Position numbers and translations under genes: made by a program. Shown here piece after piece: positions 1-8,129 of a stretch of 33,990 nucleotides of DNA; the first letter of the stretch is position 1; each line of letters opens with the position of its first letter. Source of the stretch: a virus (lineage: Duplodnaviria > Caudoviricetes); the IMG/VR virus record IMGVR_UViG_3300007606_000015, positions 1 to 33,990 of that record; one strand, 5' to 3'. Under the pieces are notes generated by a model, which saw nothing but the letters and a program-made list of their open reading frames with translations, ran no database searches and was not told the DNA's origin.

Positions 1-375
1 GAAGTAAATGTCGGCAAGGTTATCCCACATTTCATCACCAGACTCGGCTTGTGCCTTGATGCCCGAACCGACCGAATAAAGTGCCATGTCACCAATGGCC
101 TGTCTGATAAGTCCCGCATTGAGTTCCAAGTACCGCATCCTGCGGGTCGTCTCCATGCGGTCGAACACCGTCATGGTTTTCTTGAAATCCTGCGGCCAGG
201 ATGACCAAATCCAACTACGCTTGTTGGAGAACTTTGCGGACTCGAAGTTACTGAAGATGCCAGGGCCAGCGGACGCCTGCTTCTTTAGGGCTGGGCTGAC
301 CGTAACGCCTGGGGCAATCTTTGGAACTCTAGACGCCTTGATGGGCGAATCTTTCTTGGTGGGTTTCTTACGCAT
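1..375 (-). CDS. Portal protein, lambda family (N-terminal part, runs off window)
   Basis: Not in ORF track. Manual translation from ATG 375: MRKKPTKK...RMETTRRMRYLELNAGLIRQAIGDMALYSVGSGIKAQ, matching the lambda-portal N-terminal RxRxLxxN...VGxG pattern; follows terL and gpW-like gene; TAATG overlap with upstream stop. Confidence 0.85.
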   Translation of the reverse strand, partial: MRKKPTKKDSPIKASRVPKIAPGVTVSPALKKQASAGPGIFSNFESAKFSNKRSWIWSSWPQDFKKTMTVFDRMETTRRMRYLELNAGLIRQAIGDMALYSVGSGIKAQAESGDEMWDNLADIYF

Positions 376-641
376 TACATCGAACGGAAATTATTGAGGC
401 CGTTATAAACACGCACCCTATCGACAGCCCCATACTTCTGGGGGTCTTTAATCTGCAAAGCATAACGAGACTCGACAAGAACCGTAGTGATGTCGATGGG
501 CCAGCCCTTGACCACGGAGGTACCCGAATCCGAGTATTCCATCATGGTTTTGCCTTCCTTGAGCAAGGCAACTGCTCGGGCAACAATGTCCTCAATGTCC
601 TGTACGGACAAAATAGTGAAAATACCAGTTGCTCTAGCCAT
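375..641 (-). CDS. Head completion/head-tail joining protein (gpW-like)
   Basis: 88 aa between terL and portal, the lambda gpW position; helix-beta hairpin-helix pattern. Confidence 0.65.
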   Translation of the reverse strand: MARATGIFTILSVQDIEDIVARAVALLKEGKTMMEYSDSGTSVVKGWPIDITTVLVESRYALQIKDPQKYGAVDRVRVYNGLNNFRSM

Positions 642-662
642 TTGGAATTAGCCCGATGTAAA
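642..662 (-). promoter_or_regulatory. Putative late promoter motif, copy 1 (TTTACA-tcgg-GCTAATT-ccaa-ATG)
   Basis: Same motif occurs before three other structural genes. Confidence 0.65.
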
Positions 663-665
663 GGG

Positions 666-734
666 GTCTGCGGCCCACTCATTTGCATCACCAGAGCCAC
701 CACAGCACGACACGCCACCGAGTGAACCGCAGAC
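666..734 (-). other. Intergenic RNA stem-loop: 15-bp stem, 39-nt G/U-rich loop
   Basis: GUCUGCGGUUCACUC pairs with GAGUGGGCCGCAGAC; two G-U pairs make the stem continuous only on the minus-strand transcript. Confidence 0.7.
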
Positions 735-766
735 TTGATTGGACTGTGCCCCACCTGGCAGGAAGG

Positions 767-2611
767 TCAAGCGGTTTCTGCTTCCACGGCAGGTTTTTCT
801 TCGGCTACGGTTGCCCCCTTGTTTTTGCCCTTACCGATGATTTTGGACATCATGGCAAACAGCATACCCTGCACCTCGCAGTCCCACAAGTGGTTGGCTC
901 GATCCCCGATGGGGAGCCAAATGGGGGTGCCTGCGTTGTTCTTGGTGCGATGTTCGGACTGCATCTGCTTGCGGTACTCGTCCCCAAAGTCCTCGGGGTA
1001 AGTGTGGGCACCAGCCCTCCGCAGGCGGGAAAGGGCGTCTTTAAACACCAAGTTGGAATACAGGAACAGTTTGCAGGACTGGGCACCGACCTGGATTACC
1101 TTTGAGCGAGAGTAGGGACGATAGGCGACTTTGATGCCGTAAGGAGTCTGGACACGCCATGCGAACTCGTTTTGACCAGCACCCTTGGTAGCGTTCCATC
1201 CGTATTTTGAACAAGTACGATAAACGGCATCAGTATTCGGGCCGTCACCCGAGTCCAGAAAGACGAAGAAATTGGATACATCATGCTTGAGTTGGAAAGC
1301 CCGTAGTTCGTCCTCGGTGGCCAAGAACGCCCATTCCTTGCCTCGGCTCTTGCCGTCCGTTGCCCAGCGGCGGACGATGGCGTAGTAGCCGTTGCGTTGC
1401 ACATCGACATTGAGCGAGCGTAGCCAAGCGAACTGCTTGGACTTCTTGTGTTCTTCGGTGATCGGGGCTGGCACCATCTTGCCATCGACCATCGCCGCTT
1501 CGTCCGTCCATTCGTCCGACATCTTGTAACCGCTAGGCAAGATTTCGCCGCCGTCCTCGTCTGGGTTCTCGACCCAAGACTCTGCCAGACGCTTTTGTTT
1601 GAACTCGATGCGAGCCGTCTCATCCCCGTGTTCATCGTATGCACGCTTGGCGTTAATAGCCTCCTCTGCCAAGTCACCCCAGGACAGACCCCATTGGCCG
1701 CACAGCGAGTTCCAATGGAAGCCAACTATGCCCTTCGGTGCCGAAGTGTTCATGGGCACATACGCCGCCTTGAGGTTCATCTCTTGGCGTACGGCGAAGG
1801 AGTCATCGTGCATATGGCCGCACGACTTGCACTTGTATTTGATGCCCTTCTTGACGGCCTCGATGTCCCAGCCGCCACCGCCCTTGGCGTCCTCTGGGTA
1901 AATCAACTGCGTCCACTCGTACGGCTGTTGGGTGTCGCAGGCAAGGCAACGAAACATCCACTCACGGCGGTCGGAGGTGTTCCAGAGGTTCGTGATGTCA
2001 TCGCCTTCCACGCCGCCTTGCGAAATGAACACGGACTTGCCGTTCCATGTGAAAGCGGTGCGGCGGCGTTGGGCTTCACCGAGGTGACCCTTCTTCCACG
2101 ACCACACTTCGTCCCCGCCCAGGAAGCGGATGGAACGGCGTTGGAGATTTCGTTTGTTGTCAGCACCCAGCACCCACATCGTGCAACGCTGGAACTGGTG
2201 CGTGTGCCAGTTGGACTTCTCGGTGTTGCTGATCTTCGACTTTGCCGCAGGGGTCGCTTCCCAGATAGGACGCAGGCGGTTGGCCTGCCAATCCTTGGCG
2301 TTCAAGTCCACATCCTGCAAGAGCAGGGTCGGCCCTGGGGTGCGTGCGGCGATGAAGGCTGACCAGAGTTCAAGCAGGGTGGACTTACCCATCTGAACGG
2401 CACCGAACACCACGATGGTGTGTATCTCTGGGTCAGTCATCGCCCGCAGGACAAACGAAAGGTACGGCGTTGACTCAACACGAAACGCTCCAGGCATCGG
2501 CCCTGGCATATTCTTCACATTGGCTTCCAACCAATCCACGATGTCCCCATCTGGGTCTGGGGCCAGCATCGCACGCAAATGCGACTCGTAGATGTCCGCC
2601 GTCTCGTCCAT
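767..2611 (-). CDS. terL: Terminase large subunit, GpA (lambda) family
   Basis: TPYL motif, Walker A-like GAVQMGKS, Walker B FLGGDEV, CxxC...CxxC zinc motifs, GFHWNSL, nuclease VDVQ and NHLWDCE; start placed at ATG 2611 (TAATG coupling). Confidence 0.95.
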   Translation of the reverse strand: MDETADIYESHLRAMLAPDPDGDIVDWLEANVKNMPGPMPGAFRVESTPYLSFVLRAMTDPEIHTIVVFGAVQMGKSTLLELWSAFIAARTPGPTLLLQDVDLNAKDWQANRLRPIWEATPAAKSKISNTEKSNWHTHQFQRCTMWVLGADNKRNLQRRSIRFLGGDEVWSWKKGHLGEAQRRRTAFTWNGKSVFISQGGVEGDDITNLWNTSDRREWMFRCLACDTQQPYEWTQLIYPEDAKGGGGWDIEAVKKGIKYKCKSCGHMHDDSFAVRQEMNLKAAYVPMNTSAPKGIVGFHWNSLCGQWGLSWGDLAEEAINAKRAYDEHGDETARIEFKQKRLAESWVENPDEDGGEILPSGYKMSDEWTDEAAMVDGKMVPAPITEEHKKSKQFAWLRSLNVDVQRNGYYAIVRRWATDGKSRGKEWAFLATEDELRAFQLKHDVSNFFVFLDSGDGPNTDAVYRTCSKYGWNATKGAGQNEFAWRVQTPYGIKVAYRPYSRSKVIQVGAQSCKLFLYSNLVFKDALSRLRRAGAHTYPEDFGDEYRKQMQSEHRTKNNAGTPIWLPIGDRANHLWDCEVQGMLFAMMSKIIGKGKNKGATVAEEKPAVEAETA

Positions 2612-3480
2612 TACATTCCGCACATTCCTTCACACTCGGATTTGAAATCGAAACCAAGTTGACCAGCATCCTTGTCCGTAAAATCAACTTCATCAAGCGG
2701 CTTGCAGGACTTGTGGAGATACACTTCGATGCGTAAGCCACCAGGGTTCTCATTCTGGAGACGCCTATATGTCCTATCAAACTCCACGGCCTTCTGGAAA
2801 TGCTCTGGGTCTTGTTCCTTCAATCGACGCCATTCATCGTCATCGTGGAATGGGCAATAGTAGCAAGCAGACCGAGGGGGTTCTGGATACCCGTTCTTCT
2901 TCATCCATTCAAGACAATGTGCCCGAGTCATCCGCTTCTCAACCAATGGCCAGCGAGGTTGTTGCCAAGGATTAGACATTAACTTCATGCGTTGCATCTC
3001 GTCATAGGAGATGCCAATCCATGATGTAACTGTAAGTTCTTTTTGACCGTGTTTGATTTTGCAACGGCTACGAATCTCCTTCGTGATCGGTGCAATCTTA
3101 AAGTCAGCCGTACAAGCCCGTCCAAGTGCCGCCTTTACTTCGCCATGTTGAGTAAGTCCAAATACAGGGATGTTTGAACGCAGATAGGTCATTGGCTTGT
3201 CTGAATACTTGCACTTTTCCTTTACACGAATCTTTAAAACACTTTCGGTAAGGCTACCCTTGGTCACTCGGATGACGGGAAAAGGCAACTGCGTCTCAAG
3301 CCAATCCAACCATTTGTAAACGCTGGTCGGCTCGGCTTGCGTGTCGGCAAACACGGCGAAGTCTGGCATGGGGGTAATTTCCCCACGGGCCGCCATCAAC
3401 GCAAGGCATGACGATTGCACGCCAGCACCGAGGTTTAGGACATTGTATTTGGTTTGGGGTGGTGGTTCGAAGTAACTCAT
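2611..3480 (-). CDS. PP-loop adenine nucleotide alpha-hydrolase, PAPS-reductase/DndC-like
   Basis: LNLGAGVQS PP-loop, FADTQAE, RACTADFKI, WIGISYDE, WPL, PPRSACYYCPF and C-terminal CEGMC cysteines. Confidence 0.8.
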   Translation of the reverse strand: MSYFEPPPQTKYNVLNLGAGVQSSCLALMAARGEITPMPDFAVFADTQAEPTSVYKWLDWLETQLPFPVIRVTKGSLTESVLKIRVKEKCKYSDKPMTYLRSNIPVFGLTQHGEVKAALGRACTADFKIAPITKEIRSRCKIKHGQKELTVTSWIGISYDEMQRMKLMSNPWQQPRWPLVEKRMTRAHCLEWMKKNGYPEPPRSACYYCPFHDDDEWRRLKEQDPEHFQKAVEFDRTYRRLQNENPGGLRIEVYLHKSCKPLDEVDFTDKDAGQLGFDFKSECEGMCGM

Positions 3481-4112
3481 TCTTCGGTATCATCGACTTC
3501 TTCCGTGGCGTTGTCAACCTCCGTTGGGTCGATGTCCGTCTGCGGCATCTTGATTTCTTCCTCGGACTCGGCCACCGCTTCGGACACTCGTGAGAGGATA
3601 CGGGTCATCTCCTCGTCAATGGCTTTCAACGCACGCCCAGGATGGTCGGGGTTCGCCCGTGACGCCACCTTGGTGCCCAACTGGGTCAGTTCGTTGCGGA
3701 GGTTCGTCAGAATCTTCCCGAAACGCTCGATGGCCGTCTGCGTGCGGATGAACTCACGGGAGGCGATCTGTCGGGCATGGAGTTCCTTCTCCATCGTGAT
3801 GAGTGTCTTGACCAACTTGTCGTAGGTCGAGTAAGACTTGCTGGCGTCTGGCGAATCGTTGGCAAGGTCATCGAGGTACTTGCGGTGGGCCAGAGCCTTG
3901 AGTTCCCGCTGACGCTCAACTGTCTCGTTGAAGTCCTTGTCTCCCGTGACGGCGGCTTGCGTTCCACCCCGCACCGCCCGTCTCGACATGACCCACGACT
4001 CGGCGGACTCGATGGAGTCGATGGGCATCCCTTGGGTGATGTAGGCGTTGACCAACTGCTTGGAGATGCCAAGCCGTCCAGCCAAGTCGATGGGTCGCAG
4101 TCGTTCGCTCAT
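3477..4112 (-). CDS. terS: Terminase small subunit, Nu1-like
   Basis: N-terminal HTH ending in GMP (DLAGRLGISKQLVNAYITQGMP), helical oligomerisation region, acidic tail, upstream of terL; ATGA overlap at 4109-4112. Confidence 0.8.
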   Translation of the reverse strand: MSERLRPIDLAGRLGISKQLVNAYITQGMPIDSIESAESWVMSRRAVRGGTQAAVTGDKDFNETVERQRELKALAHRKYLDDLANDSPDASKSYSTYDKLVKTLITMEKELHARQIASREFIRTQTAIERFGKILTNLRNELTQLGTKVASRANPDHPGRALKAIDEEMTRILSRVSEAVAESEEEIKMPQTDIDPTEVDNATEEVDDTEE

Positions 4113-4663
4113 TTCTTCTTCTTCAGCCTCGCACAAGCGTAGTCGGACTTCATATACACCGAGGGCGGTAAGCCCAACTTACGCTGGATGGTCTTTACCC
4201 GCAGGCTGATCGCCGCCCGAGTCAAGGAGTGTTCTTTTGCCAAGGCCGTCATGTTCGGCTGGCCAGGCATCCCGATAGCCAAGAAGATGCAAGTCGCCTG
4301 CAACCTGTTCTCGGGGTGCTCGCTGTCGCCCAGCACCGAGACAATCTTGGCGATGATGTCTAACACCTCATCCTTCGTGTAGTTGCGGTCGGTCATGTGC
4401 GTTTCGGGTTCAAGGTAATAGTCCTCGGGTCGATACTCACGCCGTTGGATGGAGTCCACATTGTAGCCTCTCGGCCCATGTTGCATCTTGGTGTCGCTGT
4501 CGTAGCCGTCCTCCTTGTCGGAGTCCACATAACGATAGGCCAGCCCGATGCCGCTGGATGATGGACGCTTTGGGTCAAATCCTGTCTCCGCCAAAACAGC
4601 CTTTTGCTCGGGCGTGCATTTACGCCACCACACGGTATAAACCTGTAACATATCAATTTTCAT
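4109..4663 (-). CDS. HTH protein, sigma-region-4-like C-terminus (candidate transcription regulator)
   Basis: PNMTALAKEHSLTRAAISLRVKTIQRKLGL fits an HTH; coupled to neighbours by ATGA overlaps. Confidence 0.55.
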   Translation of the reverse strand: MKIDMLQVYTVWWRKCTPEQKAVLAETGFDPKRPSSSGIGLAYRYVDSDKEDGYDSDTKMQHGPRGYNVDSIQRREYRPEDYYLEPETHMTDRNYTKDEVLDIIAKIVSVLGDSEHPENRLQATCIFLAIGMPGQPNMTALAKEHSLTRAAISLRVKTIQRKLGLPPSVYMKSDYACARLKKKK

Positions 4664-4944
4664 TTTTTGATAAGTTCCTCCACCTTCGACACAACCGTTA
4701 GCATGATGGCCGCTTCCGCCATAATCTTGTCGGCGATCGCCGAGTCGTCCGTGTTGTACGCCCGTATCAAGTGCCGCACCGCTACACGGCGAAGTTCGTC
4801 CAAGTCGGCACGAATGTCGTTGGGGAACCTGTCGGGATGGAAGTCGCAGATCAATCTGACTCCGACATATGACTGCTTTCGCCCAACCGTCAACAGGTCA
4901 AACCGAGTGCCGTACGAAATACAAGTTGTCGTCCGTTTGGCCAA
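4660..4944 (-). CDS. Hypothetical protein
   Basis: 94-aa ORF in the coupled operon; TTG start uncertain. Confidence 0.55.
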   Translation of the reverse strand: MAKRTTTCISYGTRFDLLTVGRKQSYVGVRLICDFHPDRFPNDIRADLDELRRVAVRHLIRAYNTDDSAIADKIMAEAAIMLTVVSKVEELIKK

Positions 4945-5278
4945 TCATCCCCAGACGCTGGGCAGACCGCACCATGTTCCAAGCCGCCTTCTTGTCCATC
5001 GGCTCGCCGTAGGTTTCTGTCCACAGCAAGGCCAACGCATCTCGCAGTTCGTGCGGTCGCATAGGCTCGGTCGGAATCATATCGAACACCGCCTGGATGA
5101 GCCGCCCCCTCTCCTCCGCCTTCGCCCCCCTCGCCGCCGTCAGCCTGTCGATGTGCTGACGCAGACGCTCGGGATGCTTCGCCCACATCGCCTGCCAATG
5201 GGTCGGCTTCTGGTTGAAGTTCGGGTTCGATCTGCGGCCCCGCTTGCGAGGCTGGTCTTGTGGTGCTTGGTGGCTCAT
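4898..5278 (-). CDS. Hypothetical basic protein, possible winged-helix C-terminus
   Basis: First ORF of leftward operon, A-rich leader; PMRPHELRDAL...AWNMVRSAQRLGMI pattern. Confidence 0.6.
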   Translation of the reverse strand: MSHQAPQDQPRKRGRRSNPNFNQKPTHWQAMWAKHPERLRQHIDRLTAARGAKAEERGRLIQAVFDMIPTEPMRPHELRDALALLWTETYGEPMDKKAAWNMVRSAQRLGMIGQTDDNLYFVRHSV

Positions 5279-5296
5279 GTCTTTTTTGATGTTGCA

Positions 5297-5473
5297 TAAG
5301 GGTCACCCTAATTGGCAAGCCCTAAAAGGCGTAAAGCCAATTAAGGGTTAAACCCTTATTCTATTTACATATGTTATCCCCGAAGGGGATACAGTAAATA
5401 GGTTCAATGCTACTGTGATGGTTACTGTGATGGTTAATGTGGTGGTTATAACAGTTAATACGCCGTCACAGTA
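5297..5473. repeat. AT-rich palindrome and tandem-repeat cluster (candidate cos/terminase-binding or operator region)
   Basis: TAATTGGC/GCCAATTA (5309, 5336), TAAGGGTT-A-AACCCTTA (5342-5358), TATCCCC-GAA-GGGGATA (5375-5391), 12-mer TACTGTGATGGT twice plus a degenerate copy (5411-5446), inverted TCACAGTA (5466-5473). Confidence 0.7.
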
Positions 5474-5659
5474 CCCATTACATTGATTTTGGTCATTTTA
5501 CTTCTGGGTATTCAGCGGGGTCGGAGGGCTAAAGCCCCCCCCTCGATTTTGGGCTATAATAGATTTCTTTGGGGGTATTGAGTGGGGTGCTTATCATTAC
5601 TATTGTTCTCATGTAATGATTAGAAAAATGGCAAAAAACAGCGATTTTTTCATCATTAG

Positions 5660-6030
5660 TGTTGTGCCTTGGTAATGATGGCCTGGTAACGATGGCGATG
5701 GCCTGTGTTGCCTGGTCGTTGTGCCTGGTGGCGTGCCTAGTCTGGGCAGATCGCACAGCACGCCAAGAGAATGGCCTGCTTGCCATTGTGAGGCCACTAT
5801 GGTGGTGGTGGCGATACAGCACCAGCACAGGACGCCAGGACGCCACAGGAGGCCACAGGAGGCCAGGACGCAGGACGCCACCAGGCAAGGCGACAGGACG
5901 CCAGGCAAGGCGATGGCATGGGCAGGCTATAGGAAGGACGCCAGGAGGAGGCCAGACGCCACTCCATAGGGAAGGACGCCACCAGGACGCCAGGACGCCA
6001 CCAGGCGATCACCTGGTCGTTACCTGGTCG
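5660..6030. repeat. GC-rich non-coding repeat block (GGACGCCA / CCWGG)
   Basis: Eight exact GGACGCCA (5830, 5838, 5873, 5896, 5936, 5974, 5985, 5993), three GGAGGCCA, many CCWGG; no credible ORF. Confidence 0.8.
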
Positions 6031-6079
6031 ATGTGTCGCACCCTATAGAAGCACCCCTAAAAATCGTCACAGATTGTTC

Positions 6080-6107
6080 TTGTGCCTGGCGTGGCGATTC
6101 GCACAGT
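6080..6107 (+). promoter_or_regulatory. Putative sigma70-like promoter TTGTGC-N16-CACAGT
   Basis: Upstream of first island gene; same TTG-N3-N16-YAnnnT geometry as 10940, 15248 and 19541; lies within inverted repeat ACAGATT...AATCTGT. Confidence 0.4.
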
Positions 6108-6151
6108 CGAATCTGTTCCCACCACAAAACACCACCAACCACATCACCACA

Positions 6152-6454
6152 ATGATCATCCAAACCATCCACGACATCACCACCATCCAGAACGACATCA
6201 AGGCCATGTCCAAGGCGATCGCATCGCTCAAGAAACATCGTGCCCAGGTCAAGAAGGTGAAGATCGCCATTAACTCTTCCCGCCTTACGGAAGAGCGTGG
6301 CCAGGAATTGCTGTCGTCCTTGCACAGCGAAATCACCAACGATCTTTTCATCATCCAGGATCGTGGCATGGCCTTGGGCCAGGGCGACATTGGCAAAGAC
6401 CACGAAGAGTCTGCTGTGACCATGGCACAATATATCATCACCACCACCAAGTAA
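6152..6454 (+). CDS. Hypothetical (probable early) protein, coiled-coil
   Basis: ATG after C/A-rich leader; 100 aa. Confidence 0.75.
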   Translation: MIIQTIHDITTIQNDIKAMSKAIASLKKHRAQVKKVKIAINSSRLTEERGQELLSSLHSEITNDLFIIQDRGMALGQGDIGKDHEESAVTMAQYIITTTK

Positions 6455-6510
6455 TCCTTGTAAACTTCCCACAACCCATCCACATTCACCAACGCAACCC
6501 AATCACCACC

Positions 6511-6795
6511 ATGACCACCAAGAATCTTACCCCATCGCAATTCATGAAGCAGATCAAAGGCGAACGCATCGCCAAACTCCAGGCCATGCACGACATCATC
6601 CAGGCCAAGGTTGACGCCATGCGTAATCCCATCACCAAGGAGTCGCCTTACAAGCGAACCAACAAGGACGCCAAGGCCATCGCCTGGGACATTCTCATCA
6701 ACGATCTCCTGCTGGTCGCAAACAACATCCACAACGCACAGCATGGTTTTGTCGATGTTGAGGCAATTCGTTCCCAGGTTTCTCGTTCCCTCTAA
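6511..6795 (+). CDS. Hypothetical (probable early) protein
   Basis: CACCACC-ATG leader; 94 aa. Confidence 0.8.
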   Translation: MTTKNLTPSQFMKQIKGERIAKLQAMHDIIQAKVDAMRNPITKESPYKRTNKDAKAIAWDILINDLLLVANNIHNAQHGFVDVEAIRSQVSRSL

Positions 6796-6829
6796 TTTCC
6801 AACGCAACCCAATCACCACCACCACCACC

Positions 6830-7105
6830 ATGACCAACTACCAAATCAACACCCTCGCCAAAACCCTCAAGAAGCACCAGGTGACCGAGACCTGTGCTGT
6901 CCTGGCAGGAGAACATTCTGGGTTCTCGTACATGATCGAAAACCTGGACGCATCGAATCCTGTTCATGCGTTCTTCATCGCCAACGCAGAAATGACGGAG
7001 GAGAAATTCAAAACCTGTTCGATCTGGGGTGCTTTCCTCCGTTCGGGCAACATCACCAAACTCTTGGCCTTCCTGGAGATTCCCGAACGCAACCCATCGC
7101 TCTAA
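6830..7105 (+). CDS. Hypothetical (probable early) protein
   Basis: Start moved to ATG 6830 after (ACC)n leader; 91 aa. Confidence 0.75.
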   Translation: MTNYQINTLAKTLKKHQVTETCAVLAGEHSGFSYMIENLDASNPVHAFFIANAEMTEEKFKTCSIWGAFLRSGNITKLLAFLEIPERNPSL

Positions 7106-7146
7106 TTTTCCACCACCACCACAACCCACCAAGCACCATCACCACC

Positions 7147-7488
7147 ATGATCGTCCTTAATCTCTACGCAAAGCACGAACCAATCTTGGTTCATCGCATC
7201 GCCTTGGCCCAGGCCATCGAGCGAATCCAGGAGGAGATCGAAACCATCGCCATCAAGATCGCCCATGAACAGGCGACCGATTCCGACATCGAACGCCAAG
7301 ACAATCTTGTGAATGTCCACCTGCGGAACGCCACCTATGCTTTCCGCCTTCACCTTGAGGGTTCTGGTTCGAATGTGCGTGCCTACAATTCGGTGCATGA
7401 TCGCACCATCCAAACCCTTGCCATCGATTTCCTGCGAACCATCCAAATGGTCGCCATCGAATGCGAGAAGGCCAACGCCAAGAAGTAA
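7147..7488 (+). CDS. Hypothetical (probable early) protein
   Basis: Leader motif; 113 aa. Confidence 0.8.
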   Translation: MIVLNLYAKHEPILVHRIALAQAIERIQEEIETIAIKIAHEQATDSDIERQDNLVNVHLRNATYAFRLHLEGSGSNVRAYNSVHDRTIQTLAIDFLRTIQMVAIECEKANAKK

Positions 7489-7519
7489 TTTTCCACAACC
7501 ACCAAATCACATCACCACC

Positions 7520-7669
7520 ATGACCAAGAAAAAATCCGCATTGTCCAATTCGCTCAACGAGATTGCTGTGCGTGCCAACAAGAAGGCACACAAGGAGATC
7601 AACGCCAAGCGAAAGAAGAATGGCCTTCCTGCTTTGAAATATAATCCCAATCGGAATTATTGGATTTAA
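7520..7669 (+). CDS. Small basic (probable early) protein
   Basis: ATG 7520 after leader; MTKKKSALS...RNYWI, 49 aa, K/R-rich. Confidence 0.7.
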   Translation: MTKKKSALSNSLNEIAVRANKKAHKEINAKRKKNGLPALKYNPNRNYWI

Positions 7670-7703
7670 CAATTTCCCACCACCACAAAATCAAATCATC
7701 ACC

Positions 7704-7982
7704 ATGACGATCAACGAACAGAAGCAAATCCTGCGAGGCCATGTGTTGGCCTTCCTGGAACATCAACGCCAGGCGACCATCGCCTTGCGTGCCATCAACG
7801 AAATCGGTTTGCTGGAGAACGATGGGAATCCCCTTCCTCATTCCATCCAAGGCGAATCCGTATTGCGTCATTGGACGACCACCGATTCCCTTGGCCTGTC
7901 GCCTGCGTTCGAATCTGGCGAGTTTTCTGATGTCATCGCAGACGCAAACCAGGCGATCAACGCAAATGGTTACATCGTCTAA
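7704..7982 (+). CDS. Hypothetical (probable early) protein
   Basis: Leader motif; 92 aa. Confidence 0.8.
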   Translation: MTINEQKQILRGHVLAFLEHQRQATIALRAINEIGLLENDGNPLPHSIQGESVLRHWTTTDSLGLSPAFESGEFSDVIADANQAINANGYIV

Positions 7983-7992
7983 TTTCACCACC

Positions 7993-8100
7993 ATGCGAAC
8001 CATCACCATCATCACCATCGCCATCGCTTTGGCCTTTGCGATTTACGCATTGGCGTCTGGGCCTGGCATCATCGAGATCATCGACAACCCCAAGTTTTAA
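7993..8100 (+). CDS. Small single-pass membrane peptide
   Basis: MRTITIITIAIALAFAIYALASGPGIIEIIDNPKF, 35 aa, with leader motif. Confidence 0.7.
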   Translation: MRTITIITIAIALAFAIYALASGPGIIEIIDNPKF

Positions 8101-8129
8101 TTTCCCACCACCAACCCACCACCACAAAC

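Noticed and set aside
1448-2362. 304-aa plus-strand ORF and similar long shadow ORFs (19908-20834, 20140-21132, 6067-6837)
   Set aside because: Antisense or off-frame shadows of well-supported genes
5555-5560. TATAAT as the main rightward promoter
   Set aside because: No -35 at a suitable distance and about 590 bp from the first gene; expected by chance in an AT-rich patch
5820-6010. CRISPR or mini-CRISPR array
   Set aside because: Repeat units are about 8 bp, irregularly spaced, without unique 25-40-bp spacers; no cas genes
5529-6048. ORFs on both strands over the repeat block
   Set aside because: Low-complexity R/P/G/W translations, no leader motif, open only because the repeats lack stops
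5641-6090. Repeat block as a cluster of Mu Mom target sites (SASNY)
   Set aside because: GACGC, CAGGC and GAGGC fit, but my hand count of all SASNY is near what so degenerate a motif gives by chance, and this enzyme's specificity is unknown
6501-6513. CCACCATG as a Kozak sequence implying a eukaryotic virus
   Set aside because: Gene content, overlapping coupled operons and intrinsic terminators are bacteriophage-type
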